A DNA stretch of 63,855 bases, counting the filler. It is 4 parts of 4 records of this genome, joined end to end, with 100 filler letters (N's around TTAATTAATTAA, not from the genome) between each part and the next. Parts side by side here need not be neighbours in the genome. Positions count along the whole stretch, not along the records: positions 34,714 to 55,268 come from SRR31156797_983; positions 55,369 to 63,855 come from SRR31156797_1043; 2 more parts are not named here. One strand, given 5' to 3'. How positions within the stretch are numbered: position 1 is the stretch's first letter; every line of letters begins with the position of its first letter. Under the pieces are notes generated by a model. That model saw nothing but the letters and a program-made list of their open reading frames with translations, did no database searches and was not told where the DNA came from. This document shows, in pieces, positions 51,107 through 62,500 of this stretch. Both the position numbers and the translations under genes were made by a program.

Positions 51107-52647
51107 CGTTTCTTAATTCCATAATCACGCAGTTTATTCGCAACAGAGGTATGCGATACATCCAAACGTTTAGCCAACTTACGACTTGATGGGAACGATT
51201 GATACAGACGATCCAGAACCTGCGCTTCATAGTCCTTCATAATGTCATCAAGCGAACCATCAAGGTTAATGGTGGTGACACCAGCTTGAGTGTTTTCTAA
51301 CTGAGGGAGGTGGAACAGATCCGCGGTTAATACATGACCCTGTAACTCTGTTAAAGCTCTTAACACCATATTATCCAGCTGGCGCATATTGCCCGGCCAC
51401 TGGTACAGTTCTAACTGATCCAGTAATCCATCATCCAGTTCCGGCTTCGCCATCCCCAGCTTGCCTATGTGCTTAGACATGAACAGCTCCAGCAGAGGCT
51501 GAACATCACTTGGACGCTCTCGCAATGGTGGAATGGTGAGTGTCAGGACATTCAAACGATAGAACAGATCTTCTCTAAACATCCCTGATTCTGCCAGCTC
51601 AGCCAACTTATAACGCGTTGAAGCGATAACACGAACATCAACATGAATTTCGTGCTCTTCACCCACGCGGCGGAAAGTGCCATCTTGCAAAAAGCGCAGC
51701 AGCTTAATTTGCAAATGCGGACTCATTTCACCAATTTCATCCAGTAGAACCGTACCACCATTGGCCTGCTCAAAGATGCCTTTGTGGCCTTGCTCGTGGT
51801 TAAACGAACCTGGGGCATGACCAAACAGTTCCGTTTCAGCAACGTCATCAGGCATAGATGCACAACTTAATACCAAAAATGGAGAGTCAGCGCGCTCAGA
51901 GCGATTATGACACGCACGGGCAAGCATCTCTTTACCTGTACCGGTATCCCCTTCAATCAACAAGGGTTGGTCGAGCATCGCGAGTTTTTTTGCTTGGGTG
52001 ATGAGTGCTTTATGGCGATTTGAAACGCCAACAAAGTGCTCAAAGCCTAAGTTATTATGCAGTGACAGTTGAGTGGAGTTCACCGCGACTGATACGCGAG
52101 GACGGATGATCATCATCGCGCTGGCCAAGGTCGACTCTTTTGATTCACCAGTGATGTACACAGGCATCATTTCCATCACGTAATCTAAACCATCCAACAC
52201 GATTTCATCACGTAGACGGGATTTGCTGCCATCAATCCAGCGCTGGAAGTTAAATCCCGGCAGCAGTGCCGAGATCTGCACGCCAATCATCTCGGCGCTC
52301 TCTCGATTGAATAGTGACAGTGCAGAATGGTTAGCCATATCCACCGCCCCTTTAAGGTCGATAGATAATACGGCATCAGGCAAGTTGTTGAGCAGAGAGA
52401 TAAGCTCGGTGTTGTGCCTTTCCATTGGCATAAACTGGATTTTACGCACGTCTTTAACGCCGGAGATCCTACGAATTTCTGCCATCAGTTCACTGAAGGT
52501 TTCAAAGTCGATATCAGGGCAATTGAGGTAGATGATCCCAATAACATCGATTTCTATACCGCGTAAATCAATGTTTTTCGAGGCAAGTATATCGAGTAAT
52601 TCTCGAGTCAGTCCTAACCTATCTTCGCAAGTTACTTCAAGACGCAC
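51103..52647 (-). CDS. tyrR: Transcriptional regulator TyrR
   Basis: MRLEV.CEDRLG ACT domain, PAS, AAA+ (GDTGTGKE, ELFG, REDLFYRL), C-terminal HTH. Confidence 0.95.
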   Translation of the reverse strand: MRLEVTCEDRLGLTRELLDILASKNIDLRGIEIDVIGIIYLNCPDIDFETFSELMAEIRRISGVKDVRKIQFMPMERHNTELISLLNNLPDAVLSIDLKGAVDMANHSALSLFNRESAEMIGVQISALLPGFNFQRWIDGSKSRLRDEIVLDGLDYVMEMMPVYITGESKESTLASAMMIIRPRVSVAVNSTQLSLHNNLGFEHFVGVSNRHKALITQAKKLAMLDQPLLIEGDTGTGKEMLARACHNRSERADSPFLVLSCASMPDDVAETELFGHAPGSFNHEQGHKGIFEQANGGTVLLDEIGEMSPHLQIKLLRFLQDGTFRRVGEEHEIHVDVRVIASTRYKLAELAESGMFREDLFYRLNVLTLTIPPLRERPSDVQPLLELFMSKHIGKLGMAKPELDDGLLDQLELYQWPGNMRQLDNMVLRALTELQGHVLTADLFHLPQLENTQAGVTTINLDGSLDDIMKDYEAQVLDRLYQSFPSSRKLAKRLDVSHTSVANKLRDYGIKKR

Positions 52648-52670
52648 AGAACAATATCCTAATTAAAAGG

Positions 52671-52688
52671 TGTCACGAAAAGTTGACA
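52671..52688. promoter_or_regulatory. TyrR-box-like palindrome (likely autoregulation)
   Basis: TGTCACGAAAAGTTGACA, 18 bp, versus TGTAAA-N6-TTTACA; immediately upstream of tyrR. Confidence 0.6.
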
Positions 52689-52749
52689 GTAGTTTCTACC
52701 AAGCCCTGAAATGCGTCAAGTAATCTATGTACGAATCGCGTGATTTCAG

Positions 52750-53772
52750 TTATTTGACGGTTAATGCACTCACTTTGGCAACAATCTGTTTGCGAATCGC
52801 ACTTAATTTTACAGCACGGTCTTTATGCCATGGTAACGGGCGTAACAAGGACATCGCTTTAAGGCCTAAACGAGCGGTTAATATACCAACACCAACCCCT
52901 TGCCCTGCTCTCGCAGATACCTTGCCAGCGAGATCCATCGACAGCAGATCCATACCCGCGTCTATCGCCAGCTCGCTTGCTCCTGCAGCCGCCATATTCA
53001 CCAGAACAGATTTAAACAGCTTAATACGAGACCAGTACCCAAGTTCTACCCCATATAATTCTGCAAGCTGGTCAATCATGGTGAAATTGCGCCAGGCTAC
53101 CAGCAACATATCTGCAAGCGCTAACGGGCTAATGGCCACGAGTGCCGCTGACTCTGTGGCAAATTTTGATACGATTTGGCTGGCTTTTTTATCTTGCTCT
53201 GCAAGTACCATCGCATCATACATATCGAGTATTTCAGCATCACTATGACTGCTACTAACACTGTTTACCCAGCGATCATAGGCGGGCGATTGTTTTGAAA
53301 TACCGCCTTGTTTTGCAACCGATTCACAGAACTGTTGGCCTTGACCAACCGCATCGTTAACGATTAACGCTTCTGCTTGCTCCTGAACACTAAAATGATG
53401 ACGTAATTTACGCAGCTTCCATAACTCTTTCGCTATGGCTCCTAAACCTAAAGATGCCAACACAGAGATAAAGCCAGTCCAGCCAAGACTTAGCCAGTCG
53501 GCACCCTGTATCGATTGAATGACCGAGTCAACCGCTTGCCAGCCCACAAGACCGCTGAAACCTGCCAACAAACCGGAAGCCAACCAACGGCGACCACGTT
53601 TAGGTCGGATAACTTGTTCAAGCTGAGCTTCTATTTCCGTATCTTCTTGTTCGGTGACGGAAGGCACGAACTTCTCTTGTTGTTCAAACTGCTTCTGCGC
53701 CGTAAATTCACGGCTGTCTTTTTCTGAATCTAATGTCTGGGTAAAGACCTGTTTGGATTTCAACTCACTCAT
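52750..53772 (-). CDS. ycjF: YcjF family membrane protein
   Basis: AISPLA..D, YG.ELGYWSR, SAR.GQG.G.G.LTARLG; ycjX-ycjF-tyrR synteny. Confidence 0.92.
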   Translation of the reverse strand: MSELKSKQVFTQTLDSEKDSREFTAQKQFEQQEKFVPSVTEQEDTEIEAQLEQVIRPKRGRRWLASGLLAGFSGLVGWQAVDSVIQSIQGADWLSLGWTGFISVLASLGLGAIAKELWKLRKLRHHFSVQEQAEALIVNDAVGQGQQFCESVAKQGGISKQSPAYDRWVNSVSSSHSDAEILDMYDAMVLAEQDKKASQIVSKFATESAALVAISPLALADMLLVAWRNFTMIDQLAELYGVELGYWSRIKLFKSVLVNMAAAGASELAIDAGMDLLSMDLAGKVSARAGQGVGVGILTARLGLKAMSLLRPLPWHKDRAVKLSAIRKQIVAKVSALTVK

Positions 53773-55148
53773 TTCAATTTATCTCCAATCAAGGTATCCA
53801 ACGCTTTATCAATCCGAATATGCTGACACGGCTCATCTTGATGACCACTCATTGGGCGGAAGGACGTAAAGTCAAACTGATTGTTGTGCCAGAACGCTGA
53901 ACTTGGCAGCTTGCTGGGTACTTCTCCAGGATAGAGAGTAATGGCCTCGCCCTTCTCTGTCGTCCCTTGTATCGCAGCAACTTTGCCTTCGGATGTATCA
54001 ATATGTCCAGACTGCGTCGCTCGTACAGAAGCCATACTCATACAGCTCATTTCGATGTTTTCATAGGCGGCTGTTTGCCAAGCAGGATGAATCATTTGCT
54101 GCAGCAATGAGACCAAATTACCGTATTGATCCGGCGTGATATGGTCAGCTTTAGTGGCGGCAAACAGTACCTTATCAATCTTGGGTGAGAAGATACGCTT
54201 AAGCAGTCCGTTGCGACCATATTGAAAACTATGCATGATCTGCTCGAGTGCACTTCTCATGTCCATAAACGATTCATGCCCAGCATTAAGCGGCGTTAAG
54301 CAATCGACCAATACGATTTGACGATCAAATGTCGAGAAGTGATGCTTATAAAACGCTTTCACAACTTTGTTTTGATACTCTTCATAACGACGTTTTAAAA
54401 GTGCCAACGCACTGTGTTTACCACTACCTTTTACCATTTCCATTTCTTTGCAAGGAAAAAACTGGAGAACAGGAGCGCCTTCTAGTTCGCCGGGTAACAC
54501 AAATCGCCCCGGTTGTACCCAGTGTAAACCCTGTTCTTTGCAGCGATGAAGGTAGTCTGTGTAGAGCTCTGATACATGGGCCAATATCTTTTCATTCGCT
54601 TCTTCCGCCAAATCGAGTTTATCCAACTCTTCCAACCAAGGCTTAGCCAATTCAGCACGAACGCCATGCAAAGCATTGAACTGCTGTTGCGACCAAGTAG
54701 CGAAGTCTAAGTCAAGCATAGGCAGATCGAGTAACCACTCTCCAGGGTAATCGATAATATCCAAATATAGGGTCGAGCTACTGCTAATCAGCTTTCTACT
54801 GGTCTTGGTGGATTTATACTTAATCGCTAGCCGAATTTCGCTCACATCTCGGGTAGGCACCGGCCACTCAGCTGGTGATGAATGCAACTGAGCCATCGCC
54901 TCATCATAACTAAATCTGGGTACCATCATGTTGGTTTGGGGAACACGCTTAGCACCGATAATGCGCTTATCTCGCGCCGCAGCAAGCAACGGAAGATTGT
55001 CATGAGTAGAGGTATGGAGAAGTTGATTGACCATAGAAGTAATAAACGCGGTTTTACCTGCTCTGGAAAGCCCAGTCACTGCCAACCTGACATGAGCATC
55101 CAATCCGCGGTTGATTAAGTCATTCACTTCTTGGCGAATTCGCTTCAT
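53769..55148 (-). CDS. ycjX: YcjX family GTP-binding protein
   Basis: [41 protein letters not shown]. Confidence 0.95.
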   Translation of the reverse strand: MKRIRQEVNDLINRGLDAHVRLAVTGLSRAGKTAFITSMVNQLLHTSTHDNLPLLAAARDKRIIGAKRVPQTNMMVPRFSYDEAMAQLHSSPAEWPVPTRDVSEIRLAIKYKSTKTSRKLISSSSTLYLDIIDYPGEWLLDLPMLDLDFATWSQQQFNALHGVRAELAKPWLEELDKLDLAEEANEKILAHVSELYTDYLHRCKEQGLHWVQPGRFVLPGELEGAPVLQFFPCKEMEMVKGSGKHSALALLKRRYEEYQNKVVKAFYKHHFSTFDRQIVLVDCLTPLNAGHESFMDMRSALEQIMHSFQYGRNGLLKRIFSPKIDKVLFAATKADHITPDQYGNLVSLLQQMIHPAWQTAAYENIEMSCMSMASVRATQSGHIDTSEGKVAAIQGTTEKGEAITLYPGEVPSKLPSSAFWHNNQFDFTSFRPMSGHQDEPCQHIRIDKALDTLIGDKLK

Positions 55149-55238
55149 TCACAATCTCCAAACATTAATACACTGACTGACCTATTATGAACAAAAAAGC
55201 CTCCGAATAAAATCAGAGGCTTAATATCAAAAACGAAT

Positions 55239-55268
55239 TATACTCAAGTGACCTCAAGATGCAGGATT
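55239..55268. repeat. Terminus of a Vibrio dispersed palindromic (MITE/ERIC-like) repeat
   Basis: TATACTCAAGTGACCTCAAGATGC resembles the end of a Vibrio intergenic repeat as I recall it; the contig breaks inside it. Confidence 0.5.
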
Positions 55269-55368
55269 NNNNNNNNNNNNNNNNNNNNNNNNNNNNNNNN
55301 NNNNNNNNNNNNTTAATTAATTAANNNNNNNNNNNNNNNNNNNNNNNNNNNNNNNNNNNNNNNNNNNN
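55269..55368. other. Artificial contig spacer
   Basis: N-run + TTAATTAATTAA. Confidence 0.98.
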
Positions 55369-56292
55369 ACCGGAAACTTCGGCGCCCCCATGAAATACAA
55401 TGATAACTGGGTCGGCCGGTATTACGTCCAGGAAGCAACGCTGGTTGGGCTCTCCTTTGTGCCGGCCGTTTCCTACAGGGTGACCCCCAAATTATCCCTG
55501 GGGGGGAGCATCACGGCAATGAACGGGATTTACAGGAACAAGGTGGCCATCAACAATGTCGACCCCCGCTATGGTGATGGTCAGCTCAAGATGGACGACA
55601 ACGCCTGGGGGTGGGGTATTAACCTGGGGGTACTCTATGAATTCACCGAAGGTACACGGTTTGGACTCACCTGGAACTCTCAGGTGAACCTCGATTTCGG
55701 CGCCCAAGCGGAGTTCTCGAACCTTGCGCCGGGCGTTCAAAATCTTTTGAATCGGCGCGGATTGACGAATTCGACCATTAACGTAGGTATCAGTGTGCCC
55801 CAGCAATTGATGGGGAGTATCTTTTCCCAGGTAAGCGATCGATGGGCGGTTCTGGGAAGTGTGGGTTGGCAGCAATGGTCAAAATTCGGGCAGGTCATGT
55901 TCGGCATCGAGGATACACTCAATCCAACCAGCCTGACACAGCAACTCGACTTCAAGGACACCTGGCATTTTGCTGCGGGAGCTCAATACCGAATCAGTGC
56001 GCCGTGGCTGCTCAATTTCGGCATCGCCTATGACTCGGATTTCCAGGACGGATCCAGCGTTTCCCCCATGTTGCCGGCCAACTCGGCCTGGCGGTTCGGC
56101 GCGGGCGTCGAAAACCAGGTGAACAAAATGTTCAAGTGGGGTGTGGCGGCCGAGTATCTCTACGGCGGGACCCTGGATACCAACCTGCAAAGCACTCTCC
56201 CCGTGGCAGTTGGGCAGCGAGGGGATCTGGTTGGATCTTACGAGAACATCGGGACCCTTTTTGCCAGCGTTTATTTCAACTGGACGTTCTGA
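55369..56292 (+). CDS. OmpP1/FadL-family outer membrane transporter, 5'-truncated
   Basis: W.GRY, G.N.G.LY, W..WS.F, .KDTW....G..Y, terminal aromatic residue (WTF); frame open from the contig start. Confidence 0.85.
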   Translation, partial: TGNFGAPMKYNDNWVGRYYVQEATLVGLSFVPAVSYRVTPKLSLGGSITAMNGIYRNKVAINNVDPRYGDGQLKMDDNAWGWGINLGVLYEFTEGTRFGLTWNSQVNLDFGAQAEFSNLAPGVQNLLNRRGLTNSTINVGISVPQQLMGSIFSQVSDRWAVLGSVGWQQWSKFGQVMFGIEDTLNPTSLTQQLDFKDTWHFAAGAQYRISAPWLLNFGIAYDSDFQDGSSVSPMLPANSAWRFGAGVENQVNKMFKWGVAAEYLYGGTLDTNLQSTLPVAVGQRGDLVGSYENIGTLFASVYFNWTF

Positions 56293-56315
56293 TTCTAAGC
56301 CAAGAGAGAACCCAT

Positions 56316-57281
56316 ATGCGTTATTTGAACGAGAAAGACCTGCTGGCCGTTGGGTTGAACTGGAATGACACAATCGATGCGATTAAAGATGCTGTGGTGT
56401 GTCTTGAGAAGAAGGATTTCGCCCAGCCGGTAAAACCCTACTTGAGATACAGGGACCCCGTAAACCGGATCATCGCCATGCCGGCCTTCGTTGGCGAAAA
56501 AGTGAATCTCGCCGGGATAAAGTGGATCGCCAGTTTTCCGGGCAATATTGATAACGGCATTCCCCGGGCCCACGCCGTTGTGATTCTGAACAAGGCGGAA
56601 ACGGGCGAACCCGTCAGCGTCATCAACACCGCCCTTCTGAGCATCATACGCACAAGCTCCGTCTCAGGTCTGATGATCCGTTATTTCCTTAAAGCCAGGC
56701 CGATGGAGAACATCAACCTTGCCATTATCGGATGGGGCCCGATCGGTCAGCATCATTTCCAAATGGTGACATCCCTTATGGGGGACAACCTGAACAAGAT
56801 TTTCCTGTATGATCTACGGGGAATCGATCAGAACTCAATAGACAGTCCTTATAAGGACAAGATCGTAGTTGTTGATAATTGGCAGGAAGCTTATACGGAT
56901 ACGGATATCTTCATCACCTGTACGGTTTCCAAAGCTCCCTATGTGGATCTGCCGCCGAAAGTAGGTTCCCTGCAGCTGAACTGTTCACTCAGGGACTACA
57001 AGGTGGATATTCTGGACCACACAAAGGCAATCATCGTCGACGACTGGGAAGAATGCTGCCGGGAGAAAACGGATCTTGAAATGATGCATCTTAATAGGGG
57101 CCTGATGGAGCAAGACACGAAATCTATCGCGGATGTGGTGGTTCATAACTGCATGGCCGACTATCCGGCAGAAGAAGCGGTTATGTTCAACCCCATGGGC
57201 ATGGCCATATTCGACATCGCTACCGGGAAGTATTATCTGGAGAAGGCGAGGGAGATGGGCTTGGGCCGGGAGCTTGAGTAA
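56316..57281 (+). CDS. sbnB: SbnB-like 2,3-diaminopropionate biosynthesis protein (ornithine cyclodeaminase family)
   Basis: RIIAMPA...AGIKWIASFPGN...G.PRA.A..ILN...TG.P, G.GPIG, SLRD, FNPMGMAIFD. Confidence 0.8.
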   Translation: MRYLNEKDLLAVGLNWNDTIDAIKDAVVCLEKKDFAQPVKPYLRYRDPVNRIIAMPAFVGEKVNLAGIKWIASFPGNIDNGIPRAHAVVILNKAETGEPVSVINTALLSIIRTSSVSGLMIRYFLKARPMENINLAIIGWGPIGQHHFQMVTSLMGDNLNKIFLYDLRGIDQNSIDSPYKDKIVVVDNWQEAYTDTDIFITCTVSKAPYVDLPPKVGSLQLNCSLRDYKVDILDHTKAIIVDDWEECCREKTDLEMMHLNRGLMEQDTKSIADVVVHNCMADYPAEEAVMFNPMGMAIFDIATGKYYLEKAREMGLGRELE

Positions 57282-57303
57282 CAGCCAATGGGGAGAGCAT
57301 GAG

Positions 57304-57857
57304 ATGACGGATAAGCAGATACACGACAGTGTTCTCGAGCTGGTTGGAAACACCCCCATGGTGCGATTGAACAATATCTGTGCGGATGTGGAGTCCGAGA
57401 TACTCGTCAAGCTGGAGTATCTGAATCCATCCGGAAGTCTGAAAGACAGAATCGCTCTTGAGATGATTGAAGAAGCCGAAAAGTCGGGGCGAATCAAGCC
57501 CGGGGCCACCATCATAGAATCGAGCACCGGCAACACGGGGTTCGCCTTGTCGACCATAGGGAGACTCAAGGGCTACAACACATGGATTTCCCCGCAACTG
57601 AAATCAAGGGCGGGATTATTTCCAAGATGCTCAAATCGGGAGCTGTGGATGAGCTCGTGCGGATCACGGATGGTGAGGCCCGTGAGATGACGCACAGGCT
57701 GTGGCGGGAGGAAGGTCTCTATTGCGGTGTATCGTCGGGGGCAAACGTCTATTTTGCCATGCGGGAAGCGAAAAAGACCGAGAAAAAGCTCAGAATGGTC
57801 ACCCTGCTCAACGACCACATGAACAGGTACCTGACTGAAGAGAGATACGTGACCTGA
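57304..57857 (+). pseudogene. Cysteine synthase (CysK/SbnA)-family PLP enzyme with internal deletion and frameshift
   Basis: N-terminal part (VGNTP, KLE.LNPSGSLKDR, ESSTGNTG) joins at about 57580, out of frame, to the C-terminal part (EEGLYCGVSSGAN, D...RYL). The central GTGG loop region is absent. Confidence 0.8.
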
Positions 57858-57954
57858 TTATCGTAAAAAGTAGTCTGATCTGAGTAATTGTAGTAAAATA
57901 TCATAGGGATATTTAATTTATATTGTGCTAAAACCAAAAAGAGGAGGATACGTG

Positions 57955-58344
57955 ATGAAAACCATAGTGATGTTGATGCTTGCTGCCATGTTGATGATTG
58001 GTGCTGCTCCTGCATACGCAGCTGAAGTCATTCAGATTTTTCACTGTCAACAGGACGATGATGCAACTGAGAAGGATTTGGAAGCGGCTGCTTCGGAGTG
58101 GCTCAAGGCCGCAAAGACAATGAAGGGTGGTGATCAACTGGAGGCCTACCTGCATTTCCCCGTTGTCGCCCAGATGGGTGAAAATGATTTTTTGTTTGTG
58201 ATAAGAGCACCTTCCATGGAGAAGTGGGGTATGTTTATGGATGCTTACCACGGTTCTCCGGCCCAAGAGGTGGACAAGAAGAAGTTTGACGATCTTTGTG
58301 ATTGCCCGGACAGCGCCTTGTGGGAACCCATAAAGATTAAATAG
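57955..58344 (+). CDS. Secreted hypothetical protein
   Basis: RBS GAGGAGG; signal peptide ending AYA; about 129 aa. Confidence 0.75.
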   Translation: MKTIVMLMLAAMLMIGAAPAYAAEVIQIFHCQQDDDATEKDLEAAASEWLKAAKTMKGGDQLEAYLHFPVVAQMGENDFLFVIRAPSMEKWGMFMDAYHGSPAQEVDKKKFDDLCDCPDSALWEPIKIK

Positions 58345-58436
58345 TGGTGTGCCCATCCGATCAAGCCGTTTGTGTAGATTTAAAGCCGCCATTTCAGGGA
58401 CCAATGGGGGTAAATCCACTGGGAAAGCATCATTAA

Positions 58437-59486
58437 ATGTCAGTCGTATGGAGTTGCAATGAGTGGGATCAACTGGAAGAAGTGATTGTCGGAAATCCGC
58501 TGCGTGCGCGATTTCCGACACCGGACCGGAGTACCCTGCTGGCGGAATTCCCCGATCGTTCACTGGAGGAAATACCGCAGGGTCCTTTTCCACAACAGAT
58601 TATTGAAGAGACCGAAGAGGACTTGAATACATTTGTTGCCGTCTTGGAAAAATTGGGCATCACCGTCAAACGCCCGGAAACATGGCCCCACGCGGCCAAA
58701 TTTTCCACCATTCATTGGGAATCCGAAGGGTTCTACAACTACTGCCCCCGCGATGTCATGCTTGTCATAGGCGACCACATCATCGAAACGCCCAATGTCA
58801 TCCGCAGCCGCGCCCAGGAAACATTCAGCTATCGCACCATGATGGTTGACTATCTAAAGTTAGGCGCAAAATGGTACAGCGCCCCCAAGCCCATGCTTTT
58901 AGACTCTCTGTTTGAGGTTGATCCGGACAAACCCACGCCACGGAACCATGAACCCGTTTTTGATGCGGCAAACGTCCTTCGTCTCGGCCGGGATTTGATA
59001 TATCTGGTCAGCGGTACGGGCAACGAAATGGGGGGGGAATGGTTGCAGACCATTTTAGGCGATCATTATCGGGTTCACTTCCTCAAAGATGTCTATTACG
59101 GCTCCCATATTGACTCAACATTTGTGGCCTTGCGCCCCGGCCTGATGCTCTGTAATCCTGCTCGCCTCAGTGACGACACCCTGCCCGGAATCTTAAAACA
59201 GTGGGACGTGATTTACAGTCCACCCATGGAGAATACAGGCAGATACGATGCCGACTACCTATCCAGGAGCATCGGCAGCGACTGGATCGATATGAATCTC
59301 TTCAGCATTAATCCGAATTTGGTCGTGGTCGACCAAGACCAGAAAAATCTGATCAAACTGTTGGAGAAACAGGGTCTCGATGTCATCCCCTTGAAATTGC
59401 GGCACGCCAAAATGTTGGGAGGTGGGTTCCATTGCGTAACCCTGGACATCCGCCGGACGGGAACGCTCCAGCGATATTTTGATTAA
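58437..59486 (+). CDS. Amidinotransferase (StrB1/glycine amidinotransferase family)
   Basis: NEWD.LEEVIVG, YCPRD, FDAAN (Asp), HIDST (His), GGGFHCVTLD (Cys). Confidence 0.92.
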   Translation: MSVVWSCNEWDQLEEVIVGNPLRARFPTPDRSTLLAEFPDRSLEEIPQGPFPQQIIEETEEDLNTFVAVLEKLGITVKRPETWPHAAKFSTIHWESEGFYNYCPRDVMLVIGDHIIETPNVIRSRAQETFSYRTMMVDYLKLGAKWYSAPKPMLLDSLFEVDPDKPTPRNHEPVFDAANVLRLGRDLIYLVSGTGNEMGGEWLQTILGDHYRVHFLKDVYYGSHIDSTFVALRPGLMLCNPARLSDDTLPGILKQWDVIYSPPMENTGRYDADYLSRSIGSDWIDMNLFSINPNLVVVDQDQKNLIKLLEKQGLDVIPLKLRHAKMLGGGFHCVTLDIRRTGTLQRYFD

Positions 59487-59576
59487 ACACCCTGCTTTTT
59501 CGCTATACCCAACAATATTGGCGTTTGAACCCGGGACCCCAAGGGTCTCTACTTCACGACCATGTGGAGAAAACAC

Positions 59577-62500
59577 ATGGCACATATTTTAACAACCATA
59601 TTCATACTCTTCTTTGTCGTGACGTTTGCGGCGTGGCGGCGATACCTTTGGGTGGCGGAAAAGGCGCCGCACGGGCAGGTGGACACCTGCCCATACAGCT
59701 TGACGGATGTCTTTGGCGACCGCCACCTCGTAAACGTACCGCATCAGGAAGGAATAAAGTGGCTTACAGAGGTCTTCAGCCGCTCCGCCCTGAAGTACCC
59801 GGATCTCACGGCCTTGCAGATTCCCCACACCGGAGAGTCCCTGACCTTCGCTGAACTCGACTCGCGGGCCGAAAACGTGGCTGCGGCCCTTTCTCCCTTC
59901 CTCACAGGCCCGGACCAGGTCGTGGCCGTGGCCATGAGCCAGGACAACTGGCAAATCGTTGCCTCTCACCTGGGTATTCTCAAGGCCGGCGGTACCATGA
60001 TGTTCCTCGACACCGCTTTGCCCGAGGCCCTGATCACCCACATGCTCAAGGACGCAGAGCCGGTGGTCATTCTCACGCGGGGGCAAGAGAAGTTCCTAGA
60101 TCTGCCGACCCTCGACATCCTGACCTTGCCGGAGAGGATGCCCCGAAGGGCGTCGCCGTCCTGGCTGGACGACCCAGCAGAGCGCCTTGCCACCATCTTC
60201 TACACGAGCGGAACCACCGGGATGCCCAAGGGCGTGGAGTGCCCGCACGCAGGCTATGTGAACCTGGCCCTGAGCTACGCCGATTATTTTGATCTCATTC
60301 CGGGCATGGACGCCACCTCGCTCACATCATCCTTGGGATACGACGGCAGCATCTCCGAGATGTACAGCGCCTGGGTGTCGGGTTGCGCTGTGGTCATGCT
60401 GACCAAGGAGCAGATACGGTCCGGCCCGGACCTCGTTGCCGTTCTCCGTGAAGCTGAGGTGACGGTGCTCTTCTGTCCGCCGGTGCTGCTGACCACCCTC
60501 ACATCAACCCCCGAGCTTGATCTTCCCTACCCCCTGTGCCGCTACGTGGTACCTGCGGGGGAAGCCTTCCCCGCCACGCTCGTGGCGCCCTGGACCCGCG
60601 GCAGAAGGCAGATCATCAACACCTACGGCCCTACGGAGGCGAGCACCGACACGAGCCGCCAGAGCCTGCGGCCGGGGGAGCCCATCACCATAGGCTCGCC
60701 CTTCGCCAACGTCACCTACGTCATCCTCGAGGTGGACCAGCTTCGTCCACTGCCCCACGGGGAGGTGGGCGAACTCTGCATCGGCGGGGTACACGTTGGG
60801 CGGGGGTACCGCAACTTGCCGGAACAAACGGCCCGGAAGTTCATCACGCACCCCCGGTTCGGCCGCCTCTTCCGTACCGGGGATAAATGCAAAATCGACA
60901 TCCGGACACAGCGCGTGCACTTCCTCGGCCGAATCGACGCGCAGCTCAAGGTGCGCGGGCACCGCGTGGAGATACAGCCCGTTGAAGACATCCTCCAGAC
61001 GCAGTTCAGGGAAATCGAAGCCGCTGTGCTGGACTACCAGAACCAGGAGTTGGTCGCCTTCGTGGCCGCGCCGTCGGTCTCCGAAGCTGTTGTCCCGGGG
61101 GTCGTTCCGGCGCCGGCGGCATGGGCTGCCCGGGTCACGGCGACCCTGGCCGGACAACTTCCAGAGCCGTCGGTCCCCACGAGGATCTTCCTGGTGGAAA
61201 AATTCGCCATGAAGCCCATGTCCGGAAAAATCGACCGGGGATGCTTGCCCGACCTGTCCCATCTGCCGACAACCGCCGATCCGGAATCGGCGGACGCCTG
61301 CAGTGGCGCACCGACCCGCACGGAGAACAGAGATGCGGGGAAAGCCAAACCGCCCCACACCGATTCGGGCGTGGAACCGGGCTGTGAGGAAGTGCTTGAG
61401 ATCTGCAGGGCCGTGTTTGAAACCCCGTTGGGATGGGACGATGTATTCGCTGACAATGGTGGGCACTCCATCGTCATGGCACGACTGGCGCAGCGCTTGC
61501 AGGCCGCAGGATGGGCGGCGCCGGTCCGGGCGCTCCTCAGTGACTGCGACACCCCGCGAAAGGTGGCTGATCGCCCGCGGCAGCACCGGCAGGCCTCCGA
61601 GACCCCCACGGCTGTCGCGGAATCCCACCGAAAATGCACAGATCGGGATGAAACAGCGGCAAGGGTACTCTCCGTGAGATATTTCACCGTCCTGCAGGTC
61701 TTGTTCCTGTGGTTGCTGTACTCCCCCCCCTAATGGGTTTTCTGGGGCTCATCGCTTTCGCGGAAATCGGCGAGTTCTTTATGACCGCACACCTCTGGGA
61801 GTTCATTGGCGTCGGCTTTTTGATGTACTTGTTTGCCCTTGTCCTGCCCTTCGCCGGCCTGCTCTGGGTCATGGTGATCAAGCGTTTCATGGGCGGTGAC
61901 ATTTACCGAAACAATGTGACGCCGGGCGCGTACCCCAAGTGGAGCAGAATGCATCTGCGAACCTGGTGTATCGGGCGGCTGGAAGCGACAGTCCTCGGCC
62001 CCTTAGGTACAATGTTTCGCAGCGCGCCGCTCATGGCATATGTACTGCGGCGGCTCGGGGCCACCGTGGGCGACAACCTTCAGTGCGCGCACAACGCGAC
62101 GTTCTCCGGACCGCTGGACTTACTCTCCGTAGAGGACGATGTGGCCATCCAGACCGGCGCCTACATCCACATGTCGAGGTGGGTGGGGCAGGAGTTAATT
62201 ATGGGTCCTGTTCATCTTGCGAGCGGCTGCAAGATCGGAATGCGGGCCGCCGTCGCCAACCATGTGAGGGTGGGCCGCGGCGCCTGGATCACGCCCTTTA
62301 CGCCCATCCTCGGCGACGTCGGTTCCAAGGAGATGTGGGAGGGAGCCCCGGCGAGATTCAGTGGCTGTTGCACCGAACTGAAGCGTACGGCGAACAGCTG
62401 CCGGTACGCGTACCCGTCCTGGTTTTTGGAGACCCTTAACATCCTGATGCAGATCTTTTTGGACTTCTGGCTCTTGGTGGCTCCCACCGCTGCGGTTACC

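Noticed and set aside
20173-55368. Apparent horizontal-transfer boundaries and a repeated TTAATTAATTAA motif
   Set aside because: These are artificial N-padded contig linkers. Genes on opposite sides are not neighbours, so no cross-contig system is inferred.
56316-57281. sbnB as a staphyloferrin B siderophore cluster
   Set aside because: No NIS synthetases or siderophore transport genes are present in the contig.
58437-59486. Amidinotransferase as evidence of streptomycin or saxitoxin-type biosynthesis
   Set aside because: No aminocyclitol, sugar or PKS genes are nearby. Family similarity does not define the acceptor.
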